A DNA stretch of 63,540 nt, filler included, from Jimgerdemannia flammicorona (GCA_003990765.1; 2 parts of 2 records of this genome joined end to end with filler, not necessarily neighbours in it), one strand, 5' to 3'; shown: positions 12,824 through 23,244, counted from the first letter of the whole stretch. Notes: a model not told the origin generated them from the sequence alone. Numbers and translations: made by a program.

Positions 12824-13166
12824 CAAGTTATATAAAAAACATACTTGTGAAAAAAATAACTCTATTCCTCCTCCTTCTTGATAACTCTTATGATACTTGT
12901 TAAAATATGCCCACAAATTTGTTATTGAACTACCAATAGCTTTATATGATGCTCTACAGTAGTTACATTTGATTTGAACATCTTCATTTTCCATATGCTC
13001 CTTTGTGAACTCCTTCCAAATGTTAGAGCATTCTTTTCCTTTCTCAGACCATTATGAGACCTGTGATGAAATTACACTTATTGTAGCTATACTTGTATCT
13101 GACACTAAAGCTGTTACCATAGTACATATCCTCCATAGATAGTGATGTCAAAAGTGCATCAGACAT
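10549..13166 (-). pseudogene. hAT transposase with BED zinc finger and hATC dimerisation domain, several spliceosomal introns, disrupted
   Basis: BED finger IWKEF...KCNYC...TNLWAYFNKYH; WIIGNSQPFMVVEN; FTVDTWTS; CLAHIINLAAQ; NLAKMAHDYLAIPATSAPIEQVFSS; CLKAW. GTAAG donors near 12506, 11695 and 10821. Confidence 0.93.
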
Positions 13167-13273
13167 GCTTGATTACTTTGAGAGAATGTTGTTGTATATT
13201 AAACTGCATGTGTGAATTACTACTATATTTAGATTTGAATCGAATTTCGGTTCATTGAGAGTACTACCTAAAC

Positions 13274-13412
13274 TTCAAAATGCAATAACTTGACGAAAAC
13301 ATATCCAAATTTGATATTCTTTATTGTATTGGATTCGCCTTAATAAGGCAAATCCAACAAGCTAAAATTTATTAATTTTGGACATGTTTTCATTGAGTTG
13401 TTGAATTTTGAA
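13274..13412. repeat. 139-bp nested imperfect palindrome between the transposase start and the adjacent TIR
   Basis: 43-bp outer arms (13274-13316 and 13370-13412, 35/43 match), 12-bp spacers and 14-bp inner arms (13329-13342 and 13344-13357, 13/14), all centred on 13343. Confidence 0.9.
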
Positions 13413-13582
13413 AAATTAAGGTTTGAATCAAACTTCAAATTGAATTGGACCTTTGATTCGATTCAATTGAATCAAATTGGGACCTTGATTCAAATTGAAT
13501 TGAATCAAATTGACCCTTGAATATTTCGAATCAAATCAAATTGAGGTCAAATTCAACTTGATTCGATTCATTGGGAGCACTA

Positions 13583-13955
13583 TGTGTACAGACTGAATTC
13601 ACCTTAGAATTTAGGTTCAATTGGGTTTACTTAAGTCTTTGGGGATTTATATACTGGTCTCAGTTCTGGCAGAAGTTAGCTAGACTTCTGGAGTTTAGTC
13701 AGAAACACTAGAGTCACTTAGATATCATTACTAAGACTCAGGGGAATGTGTGTGTGTGGGGGAAACTTGATTCTTGTATCAAGGACTGAACTAAAACTGC
13801 TTTATTTCAGATGGAAACTGGGGGGTATTTATACAAGTTGGTCCACAATTTCTGACTAAGTATGAGTGACTAATTTGGTAACTATAATGAGGTTTGTGAT
13901 CAGGACCTCAATTACTAGGCAATGATCAGCAGCTGTAGTAATAGTTGCTATAGCA
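13583..13955 (-). mobile_element. Probable solo LTR, related to the LTR at about 4990-5100
   Basis: TG...CA ends. The minus strand has TAGCAACTATT...TATAAATACCCC...AAATAAAGCAGTTTTAGTTCA, matching tagcaactatt...tataaatacccc...aaataaagtcagtttcagttca at about 5005-5077. Confidence 0.6.
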
Positions 13956-14094
13956 CCGATTGTTGGAGATAAGCTGGATATCATTTTCTGCATCGTTTTG
14001 CATCATTTGCATCATTTGTCATTCATATGTTGATGTCATCACTGAGTCATGTGATCACTTGTCATGCCTCATTCTATTACAGCTATATCTATAT

Positions 14095-14610
14095 TTAGTA
14101 TAGTCCAGATAGCCTCTTATTAGTATAAATACCCCTCTCTCAGACCTTAGAAACTCAGACTTGAACAGATCTAAATATATAAGAACTCCTGAACACTTTT
14201 CTACAATATCTCTTCACACAACTACTTATAGTATAGCAATATCATAAATAGTAAATAAATCTATTTAATAACTTATAAACTACTCTTAAGTAAATTTATA
14301 CTTCATTAGGTCCTGTTCTTAACTATATTACAAAATTTTCGAATTGAGTATTGTCTGTAGTAATATGCTGATTCAACTAAGCTAGTCTTAGTTTCTTGAA
14401 CTTTCTAAAATAGAACATCTAGAATAAGTTTGAAAAAGGACTTTAGTTGAGACATCAATCCAATCTTGAAATCAATAAATATAGAGGATATATTCTATAC
14501 AAAATTAATCTTGATTTTAAAAAAAATAGTCTTCCAGAATATCCAGAACTTCTAGAAAACCCTTCTAGAACTATATAATAGTACTTTAACAAAGTAACTC
14601 TCTTATATAT
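14095..14610 (+). repeat. Dispersed LTR-like repeat, copy A (copy B inverted at about 57978-58490)
   Basis: Colinear similarity over about 500 bp, for example ctcttattagtataaat and aatagtcttc(c/t)agaatatccagaactt. Confidence 0.8.
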
Positions 14611-14687
14611 ATTTAACTAGAACTGAGAGCTAATATAGTAATATGATTAAGATCTATAGACTTGAGTAGTAGAATATATATTGAGAG

Positions 14688-15107
14688 TCTTCTCTTATCT
14701 TACATATAAGTTCTCTACTCATCTCATTAGAGAGAACCAGGTTCTACCTATTATTCTGTATTTTTTAAAGAGTTTTTCTTTATCTATTACTCTATTTGAA
14801 ATAGTGAAAGCTATTCTAACATAGCCTTATATATGTTGGAGTTTTGGGTATACATCTTCAGTTATAAGTATATGATTGCTTTCTCTCTAATAATAGAGAG
14901 AGTATAGTATACAAAATGAGATACAGACTAACATAAGCTCTGCTGTATCTGACATGATCAAGCTGCTGAACAATAACTAGTCTAAGTTTGATAAGAGTAT
15001 AGTTCTTGGTGTGGGAGTGGGGGGGGAGGGGTTTGGCCTATATAGTCTAGGTTCCCTTCCAATAAAATCTGTGGAACTTGGGTCCATTAAAAAAAAAAAA
15101 AAAAAAA
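14688..15107 (+). mobile_element. Short poly(A)-tailed retroposed element, copy A (SINE-like or 5'-truncated LINE)
   Basis: AATAAA at about 15061 and an A19 tail at 15089-15107. Colinear with 57395-57825. Confidence 0.8.
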
Positions 15108-16297
15108 GGTAGTAAGATTAATTATAAAGAATATAATAATAATTAGTTCAAGAACCAAGGTGAGTAATAGTCCCTACCTGGTGAGAATCTCTAGAAGGTA
15201 ATATAGCATGTTTGACGTGTGTACTATTCGAAGCCTGCAAACTTAACCCTCCCTAGCTCAAGGGCTTTTTCCCGTGTCATCAACATGTTCGCCCTCAATC
15301 GCTTCCTTCTCGTCTTCACTTTCCGTAGGTGCCGACAATAATGCTCTTCTCCCAGGCAGCAAGGCCATTGACGGGATTTCCGACTTCCGAGAGATGGTCA
15401 GTGACAATCTCACTTGTAGACAAGTCGATTTTCAGCCCTGAGTTCGTTGACAGTGAGAATAGCATGACACTCGTTCTGCATTTGGCAAGTCGATGTTTCG
15501 GCTCTTCCGCGAGCACATCGCAGACGAGAGCGTGAGCGAGAGCCAATCCCGCCGGGATATGTTCGACCAGATGATGATCAAGAACAGGCCGGCAAGTACC
15601 CATTGATTTTCCTGACGCTCAAGAAGGTTTGTGATCTGAGTGGCCATTTCTTATGTGGAAGACTAAGTGTTGATTGTCCTTGCCCCCCTGAAGGATATAA
15701 CGATATGGAAGCCACATCTTCGTCACCCCTTGTGACAACAGATCCAACAATAACCTGGTGGGTTTGTTTCTTACCATCCTGTGCTAAGACTCCAACTTTT
15801 GGAGTGGCCACGGTTGCCGGTCTTGTTTGCTTTTAAGCCAACTGATGAGCCCCTTAAGCAAGGGCGAAAGACGCTTTATAGTTTGCTGCTGACGGCTTCT
15901 TTTGCGAGACACCTAATAATCTTTTACACGTCTGATGAGGTGTAGAGACCGTTGAAGGTTGCAACCTTCTGGCTAGGGTTGTGTACGACCCACGGTACCG
16001 ATCCGCCAATCCTTCGCGCACCTTTTTTTTTTTTTTTCTCCTTTTGTTTATCTTCTTTTAATTCACAGAAATCTATATTTTGCATTACACTCATTGGAAT
16101 GGCAATACAAAGTATATGTGAACCTTCACCTCGTCCCAGATTCTCCCCCATACTTGCCCTGCTTGCTGTGAGTTTAGCATCTCAGACTAGGATTTTATTT
16201 CGTGGTTCGTTTTATAATTACCATCTTTGTATGTCGCTTCCCGGGAAAAGGAAAATAGTTCAAGTTCAAACCTACTTTTGAAAACATATTTATTTTT

Positions 16298-17686
16298 CTA
16301 CAGATCAAAGAACTCGGCCAAACAGCTCTTTGAGCTTCTCTCAAAATTCTCCTCCAATCTACATATGCAGTCCGCCCTCGCTTTCCCTGTCTCCAGATCG
16401 CTCGGACAATACGCCAGGCCCGCCTCCCGCACTCCAATCTCATACCACCATTTCACTGCGCTTCTCGGTAGCAATAGGGTGGACCCAATCGACCGTACGT
16501 GTTCGGGACCCCAACCCGCATAAAAAAATCCGCCGGCCTCATCTATAGCGATGAAGAATTCTTGATAAGCAGGACTCTTGTAAAATCGCAGATCAAGTAC
16601 CTCGATGGCACCGGGGAGGAAATGGCAGAGGTTCCATCCTCCATGCTTGGATCCCTGTGTGATAAAGTTGACGAGGCTTTGGTTCTGGGGAATGCGGTAC
16701 TGGGGATGGGTGTCGATGAATTGAAGCGACGTATCCCATAAGCTTGGGTGAGTGGGCTCTTCTTCGCCAAGACGCTCGCGAAACGGGATTACGAACGAGT
16801 AAGACATATTGTGCCGGTGCATATAAAGGAAGGGGTCGAGGGTGATATCGCATGGATAGGAGGAAGTGGAGGAGACAAGCCAGGCATATGAATATGGCGC
16901 AAGAATAGGGTGGCTGTGAAGGAATAACAGACGATGTGATAGAAGATCAGATTCTCGTCAAACCAAACAAACTGCCAATTTCCAAAGCGATCGAATCACA
17001 TTGAACGAACGAAGAGCAATAAACTTACTCGAACACTGGTCCTGACAAGTATCTTGCCAAAAACCTACTAGACAGCTCGACATTTGCCAAATCGCCACCG
17101 CGGAACGTAAAACTGTCTGGGGCGTATGCTCTTGTCAAATTGATTCCTTGCGGGAAAAGCCACGCAGTATGCGGGATCTGCGCAAACGTGATATCAGCCG
17201 TGGTCATGGCGCCAACGTATTCCTCGAACTCTGGCATTAATTCAACGCTGCTAAGGATCACCCAAGGATAATAATGGCGATTGTTGAATCTAGAGGCCCG
17301 GAAGAGGATTTTAGTGGCATATGTTGAATGCTCCTTCGTTAAATTCTGGCGTAAATGGGGAGAAGGAAGGGGACGCACCTGTCTTCGATTTCTCTGATGG
17401 CTCTTCTGGCATTGACCCAATTAGCGTCGTTGACGAAATAAACGAAACAACCCTTTATACCTTCTTTGAGAGAGTTTTCGAAAGCAGAAGGAACTCGTTC
17501 TGGCCGTGTGGTTGGTTCATTGTCGGTTGGCACGAGCAAAAGCTCGGGTGACCGCGCCGGCACTTCATTCTTGAGCACGAACTCGCTCAGTTCGTGGGAT
17601 GTCAGATAGATATACCACGATACCAAAGTTAACGTAGCGAGTACAAATACTATGCGTCTAAAATTTTTCTTTGTTTCGAAATGCAT
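16298..17686 (-). CDS. Divergent glycosyltransferase family 15 (KRE2/KTR/Mnt1-like) type II membrane protein, 3 exons
   Basis: N-terminal TM IVFVLATLTLVSWYIYL. GT15-like segments IREIEDRFNNRHYYPWV, CDITLDPFLYM, WNLCHF and AYQEFFIAIDEAGGFFY. Introns 17290-17378 and 16914-17028. Confidence 0.85.
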
Positions 17687-17878
17687 TTTCCCATTCTCAA
17701 ACACGTTGAAAAATGTTTGTTCGTTCTTAAATGGGGTGCGAGAGAAAAGGGGTGTACAAGGCATTTGTTCGCTCACTATGACGTATTGATAGGGATCGGT
17801 GGGTTCACATCATGCGCCATGATGTCTTGAAGTAGGTCATGTTTAAGAGTTCCACACTTTATTGTTCCTTACATAGAG

Positions 17879-17917
<39 letters not shown>

Positions 17918-18215
17918 AAAAAACAAAAAACAAAAATAAACCACATGGCCAAACAGACGGAAAGGCAGCATAACAATCAAATTTAAGCCGAGTTTACTAC
18001 TAGTACTGCAGTTGCCAACATAGCTATCTAGAACAACAGTTTGTAAAGGATATGAATATATATATATATTCAAATCACAAGATGGCAGCATTCCATTAAA
18101 ATTTGGGCGCAAAGCCTGCTGAGAATACCAAAAAGCAAGATTCAACATGCCATTACAATCTCAATCGCACTTTCGAGGAAGACCTAGTAGCACCTTTCCC
18201 CTCTTACTACGTGAA

Positions 18216-19124
18216 CTATCTTCCCAACCTCCACACCCAAGCCCCCATTCCGGCCATCCCAGCCATGACACTCGCAGCCATTAATGCTGGAAACAAAAAT
18301 GTCACGCACCCCAGGAACACGATCCCGCCTTCCAGTGCCATCACGCCGACCGCGGCTCCGCACGTCAACACGGCGAACGTACTCACGATGAACCCGATGA
18401 AAACGAAGACAGGAGCCGCTGCCAGGGCCAAGCTGAAGTAGATAATAACTTTGAGGGCCGGATAGGCGTCCATATAGCTCTGAACCAGGTTCAGTGTCCA
18501 GACAAGGTAGATTTGAATCGTGTGGATTCGGAGGGCGACGGGATGCGGGGTTTCATTGAGACGAAAGCCTGTATTTTTGGTGTGGATCGAATAAGAATTC
18601 CGAGAAGATTCACGATTGCGAGATGTGTATGGTTCGGGGCGATCCTCAGCGCAGACCGTGGATGAACGTGAAGGGCTAGGGTTGTGATATGTGGGAATCT
18701 TGTGGGAATCCTCAATACGGGATGACGCTGGGAGCGGAGATTCGGGATTGGGAGACGCGGTATGGGACGAAAGCGGATGCAACGGGCCAGGAATGTGGGA
18801 GGTGGGTGGTGAATCCATGGCGTTGGAAGAGGATTCAGTGTTGTGCAATGTGGGTTTTTCGGGCTCACGTTTGTCGGAGACTGTTGTCGGGGCTGGCCCT
18901 TGCTTCACCTCCTTATGATCTGTCAGGGTTCTTGTTTGCAGGACTTCAGGGGGCGGGAGGTTGGGGATCTTTGAATCGGTTTGGTTCCACCCTATGTGTG
19001 GAGATGGTTGAGCGGAATGGAGCATGGTATTGGGTTTGGCGGTTCGCGGTGATGAGGGTTTCTGAGAGTATGGGTGGGGGTCGAGGTGGTTCTGAAGACA
19101 GGCTGCACACTTGCGGGAAGTCAT
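18216..19124 (-). CDS. Promethin/LDAF1 (TMEM159)-like lipid-droplet membrane protein with disordered N-terminus
   Basis: 302-aa ORF. The C-terminal hydrophobic region YPALKVIIYFSLALAAAPVFVFIGF...VMALEGGIVFLG matches the promethin pattern (P...P..FF...EG). Confidence 0.65.
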   Translation of the reverse strand: MTSRKCAACLQNHLDPHPYSQKPSSPRTAKPNTMLHSAQPSPHIGWNQTDSKIPNLPPPEVLQTRTLTDHKEVKQGPAPTTVSDKREPEKPTLHNTESSSNAMDSPPTSHIPGPLHPLSSHTASPNPESPLPASSRIEDSHKIPTYHNPSPSRSSTVCAEDRPEPYTSRNRESSRNSYSIHTKNTGFRLNETPHPVALRIHTIQIYLVWTLNLVQSYMDAYPALKVIIYFSLALAAAPVFVFIGFIVSTFAVLTCGAAVGVMALEGGIVFLGCVTFLFPALMAASVMAGMAGMGAWVWRLGR

Positions 19125-19450
19125 GCACGGCTCCAGCTGTAGGCGTGAGCCATTTAAAAAAAAAAAAAAAAAAAGGCGAGTGATGACGAACAGGTCTCGT
19201 CATCCTGCTGCCTGTTTCTACCTCTGCTCCTTTTGATTCTCTCCTTTTTGGGCTTTTGGGCCCCAATTGGCTTTTATGCCCAATCGGGCAAATTGGGCAT
19301 CAAATGTTGGGACATAATTAGCACCTAGGTGGTCATCCGATCACATTACGCCGCTGCCCCCAATCGTGGGAAACCTGATCGACTACTGCCATAACAATCA
19401 TTTTTTCCTCTTCAAACCTTTCCCGCACACCCACACAACCCGCAACGCCA

Positions 19451-19759
19451 ATGTCTGCCTACTTCGGAACCCCACGTCCAATGGGCTGGGTCTTCCTCCG
19501 TGATAATGCCTGGTTCGCCTTCGACGATCGCCACCAGCCGACCATCCAGCAGGCGTACGACGAGGGACGCTCGGTCGAGCTCGTGGGCGACAGGAATTTC
19601 GGACCGCATGGAAAGGTGACCGTGTACCCTTCAATGGGGATGGCGGTGGCGGCGGGAGATTGCGTGCACAATGTGCGCTATCAGGATCCGGCGAAGGCGC
19701 TCCAGACGGAGGAGGAGAGGATGTTGGAGCCGGAGAGGTGGGGGGTCGGTGCCGCTTGA
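19451..19759 (+). CDS. Small stand-alone WWE-domain-like protein (102 aa)
   Basis: GWVFLRDNAWFAFDDRHQPTIQQAYDEG fits the WWE pattern W-x7-W-x2-F/Y-x6-I-E/Q-x-A-Y. GC3-rich codon use. Confidence 0.6.
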   Translation: MSAYFGTPRPMGWVFLRDNAWFAFDDRHQPTIQQAYDEGRSVELVGDRNFGPHGKVTVYPSMGMAVAAGDCVHNVRYQDPAKALQTEEERMLEPERWGVGAA

Positions 19760-20052
19760 TGGTGAACGTAGGTTTGAGGTGGCCGTACAAAGCTACTCTG
19801 TATTTTTGACCTCCAAGTGGATGCGTCTTAGCTATTCATTTATATGTATATATTAACCCAATACTTCTGAGTATAGATTGTTATCATTGTGAAATACGCT
19901 TAATTTTAACCCATTCGGGGAGGAAGTAATGATGAGATTTGTTTGTGGCGAGCAATTTGACACACCAAGAACTCAAGAAGGGTGCCAACGTAATCTTCTT
20001 GACCACTTTCCCAGGAGCAAGGCTTTACACATGTCCTATGTCTATGTATTCC

Positions 20053-21318
20053 TTACATAAAAAATCCTTCTTCCCCCAACCTATCTTCCTTCTCGACCAC
20101 AAACCCACCGACACCCGAATACCAAGCCTTTCCCGCCACCTCCACCACTACCCCATCCATCTCGCCGATCTTCACAGTTTCCACGGGTGTACCCTCAAAA
20201 TACCCTCCACCCGCCTTCTGGGCTATTCGACTGAGCATGCTGCCAAAAACCTTCGTCTCGCCCAACGTGGCGCGTCCCCGCGCATACAGCACCGCCACGC
20301 GGGCCGATACGCCTGACCCGCAAGGCGATCGGTCGACCTGAGCGCCGGCAAAGATACAAGCGCTGAGTGAAGGTGCGGAGGGCGCGCCGTCGCCGTCGTC
20401 AGTGACAATCGTGCCGTAGAGGAAGTCGAGGTCGCCACGAGTGGCTGAACCTGGGTAACGGAACAAAGGGGCGAATCGCGGGTCGCCGGCGACGGTGCTG
20501 GAGAGGAGGGCGGCGCGAGTGCGGAGGAGGGAGAAGAGGTAGGGGGTGTCAGCAAAGTCGGGAAGTCCAAGCTGCGTGGCGGGGACGATACAGTAGTAGG
20601 CGCCGCCAAACGCGATGTCGAAGGTGACGGGCAGGGGACCTTCAGGGAGGTTAACGGAAGTGGTGAGGTCGGTCGCGATACAGAAGGAGGGGACGGAGAG
20701 GAAGCGGACAGGAGAGGAGGGGTCGCTTTTAAAGTTGTTGGAAGTGGGATGGGTGTCGGAACTAGGAATCGGTGAGGTTTTTACAAAAGTACGGACCAAA
20801 CCACACGGGGCTTGGATGTTCAGCGAAATGACCCCGGTGATGGGGTCTGGACGGAGAAGAACGCGTTTCGGAAACAGCACCGTATCCTGGGTGTCGATGA
20901 GGAAGCGGCCGAGGGCGATGGTGGCGTGGCCACACATCGTGGAGTAGCCCTCTGTATGGGTAAAAAGAACACCAATGTGTGCGTCCGGGTGGTCGGGCTC
21001 CGGGATCAGCAACGCGCCGTACATGCCATCGTGTCCGCGGGGCTCAAACATCAAGCTTATCGAACATCGGGATGATGAGGAGTGACAATCTTAAACACGA
21101 ACGAGTTGAATATCAAGAACATCTCCATTGCGCCATCAATCGTACCGTTTTCTGTACTTGTCCAACCGCTCCTTTGCGTAACGGCGTTTGTCGAGCACGG
21201 TGGCTCCAAGCAGTTCCGGATAACCCGAGACGACAATACGAGTGGGCTCTCCACACGTGTGCATGTCGACGGTCTTTACCGTTACAGCGTCAGAGTTGAA
21301 GGCGGTGTAAAGGTCCAT
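20053..21318 (-). CDS. Proline racemase superfamily protein (L3HYPDH-like lineage) with a Cys/Cys catalytic pair, 2 exons
   Basis: DMHTCGEPTR, EPRGHDGMYGA, YSTMCGHA, DIAFGGAYY and DRSPCGSG. Intron 21056-21145. Confidence 0.95.
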
Positions 21319-21483
21319 GGATGGATTAGGTTCGGTTTGTTTGTCGTTGGCGTCTGGCCACCATGACTTCGACGTTAAAACCGTCACAGCGTGGTCATGG
21401 CAACTAACGTCATGATCACAAAAACCCTGTTTCCAGCTCATTTTCTTTCGTTCTTCCCTCCACCCCCTCCCTTTGCTTGACAC

Positions 21484-23244
21484 ATGGCTGCCGAACCAAA
21501 GGTGCTTTTCGACAAATTCCTTGTCTCTTGTCCACTTACCACACTCACTCACTCGCTTCCTTGTTGATTGTGTGTCAGACTGCACTTCGTTCCGAAACGA
21601 TTCGCTTGGGCACTTTCCTCGCAGACTGCTTGACTGTCGGATGCTTGAAAGTATGTATGGATGTTGATTTCCCGGGCATCACTGGCGCTTTGTTTTAGCG
21701 GGATGGAATGCACAAGGCCCGACCTTATTGCACTTCTTCATTCGTCTTTTAGACATAAACAAACCTACCCTCTCCCTTTCCCATAGGGTTTCCGCCATTT
21801 CGAAGTCTACCTTCGTGGTCGGGAAGAGCTCTTGCTTCGCGTCTACAACAACAGCCACCGAACGGGTACGGCCGAATATAGGATTAACAAGAGTCACTTG
21901 CCGAATTCGGCGCCGCTGGCCATCGAACAGTGAGTGTCGTGATGCGTCGTGATCGCAAATGTGCCTCCAACGTCTCGTTAACGTTCATTTCATTTAATGA
22001 CACTCTTGGCTCGCTCTAGCAAGGGGGTTGTGCCCCCCAGGATCCAACGAACGTAAGTATCTGTCTTGGTTTATGTATGATTGGTTCGGCATAAACGACG
22101 GTGTATGGAAAAGACCAGAGACAGGAAAGCTTGTTGAACGGTTACAACCAACATCCTAGGAGCATCACCACCCATTCAACCTACCCTTCCTCTCCTTGAT
22201 TCCAAAGAATGACGAACTCTCCCGAGATTACGCCACCCACACCCATCAGCCCAATCGACAAAGAACTGCAAAGAGTAGGCTTTCTCGCTCTGTCGTGCAT
22301 GTGTCTGCTATTATCTATGACATGTCTCATCTGTTGTGATTGTTTTACTAACACCACAACATAATATTTTTTAGGATGAAGAGAAGACTGCATTTTTGAT
22401 AGCTGGATATGCTCGATACAAATGCCCGTATGTCTGGGTATGTTGCTTATGGGTGATTTGATGGCAATTTGCGTGGTGTGTTGAAATGTTAAGTTTTGTC
22501 GGTTTCGTGCTGGATATCGCACCCTCTCTCTCATTTTCTTGTACTTACGCCACAATTCTCGACCTCCGTCATAGTTGCGGTCAAACCATCGTAAGCTCGT
22601 ACAACTGCCAGATAACGAGGAACTCGATGCGGATATTCCGCTCAAGCTGGACACGACCGCCCTGTGGAAGACACAAGGTACAACTTTGATATATACAGTC
22701 GTTTCGGATACGGATGGGGCATACCTCGTATTCCTATCAATTCATGGTGCTGTGAACACGTTTAAAATATTCCGTAATCCACCCGTGCCGTATAGATATC
22801 AGGCTCTGGGACATCATCGCCGAGATCATCACTCTTACTCTCACACCGTCCCCGCCTAACCCCTTTGAAGTTGATACTTACTACTTCGAAACGCTTCCGC
22901 TCGAGGAGTGCGTTACAACCACGGGTGCCATGATCGATTTTTTGCAGCGGGTGTGGGTCAATGCGAAGGAAGATTGTAATTACGGAAATCGAGGTTTGTG
23001 TTTGGATTGAGAAAGATAGTGCCCGTCATATTCCGTTAGGTACGAGACGTTCTGACGTACATTTCGTATGCACTCTACCCCCCCTTAAATAATGGCCACA
23101 GTCCTTGAAGATGTCAAAAATCTTCAGATCCGTCATTTCAACGCCTTTGAGGAGTTGCATGAGTTGGCAGTGGCGCACCGCGATAACATGGTGAAGGCGG
23201 GGAGCCCGGTAGTAGAGGGCGGGATGGGATTTGGGTTGGTTTAA
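21484..23244 (+). CDS. Conserved-looking protein of unknown function, multi-exon (missed by the ORF track)
   Basis: Spliced reading MAAEPK|TALRSETIRLGTFLADCLTVGCLK|GFRHFEVYLRGREELLLRVYN...SPIDKELQR|DEEKTAFLIAGYARYKCPYVW|LRSNHRKL...WDIIAEII...NPFEVD...LEDVKNL with canonical GT-AG junctions. The exon structure at about 21870-22210 is unresolved. Confidence 0.75.

Larger units (their letters stand above)
8873..13582 (-). mobile_element. hAT-superfamily DNA transposon, both ends present (about 4.7 kb)
   Basis: TIRs: TAGTGCTCCCAAATGAATGGAATC at 8873 and GATTCGATTCATTGGGAGCACTA ending at 13582. GAATC/AATTG pentamer arrays at about 8887-9045 and 13425-13570. Contains an internal transposase. No 8-bp TSD. 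Confidence 0.93.
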
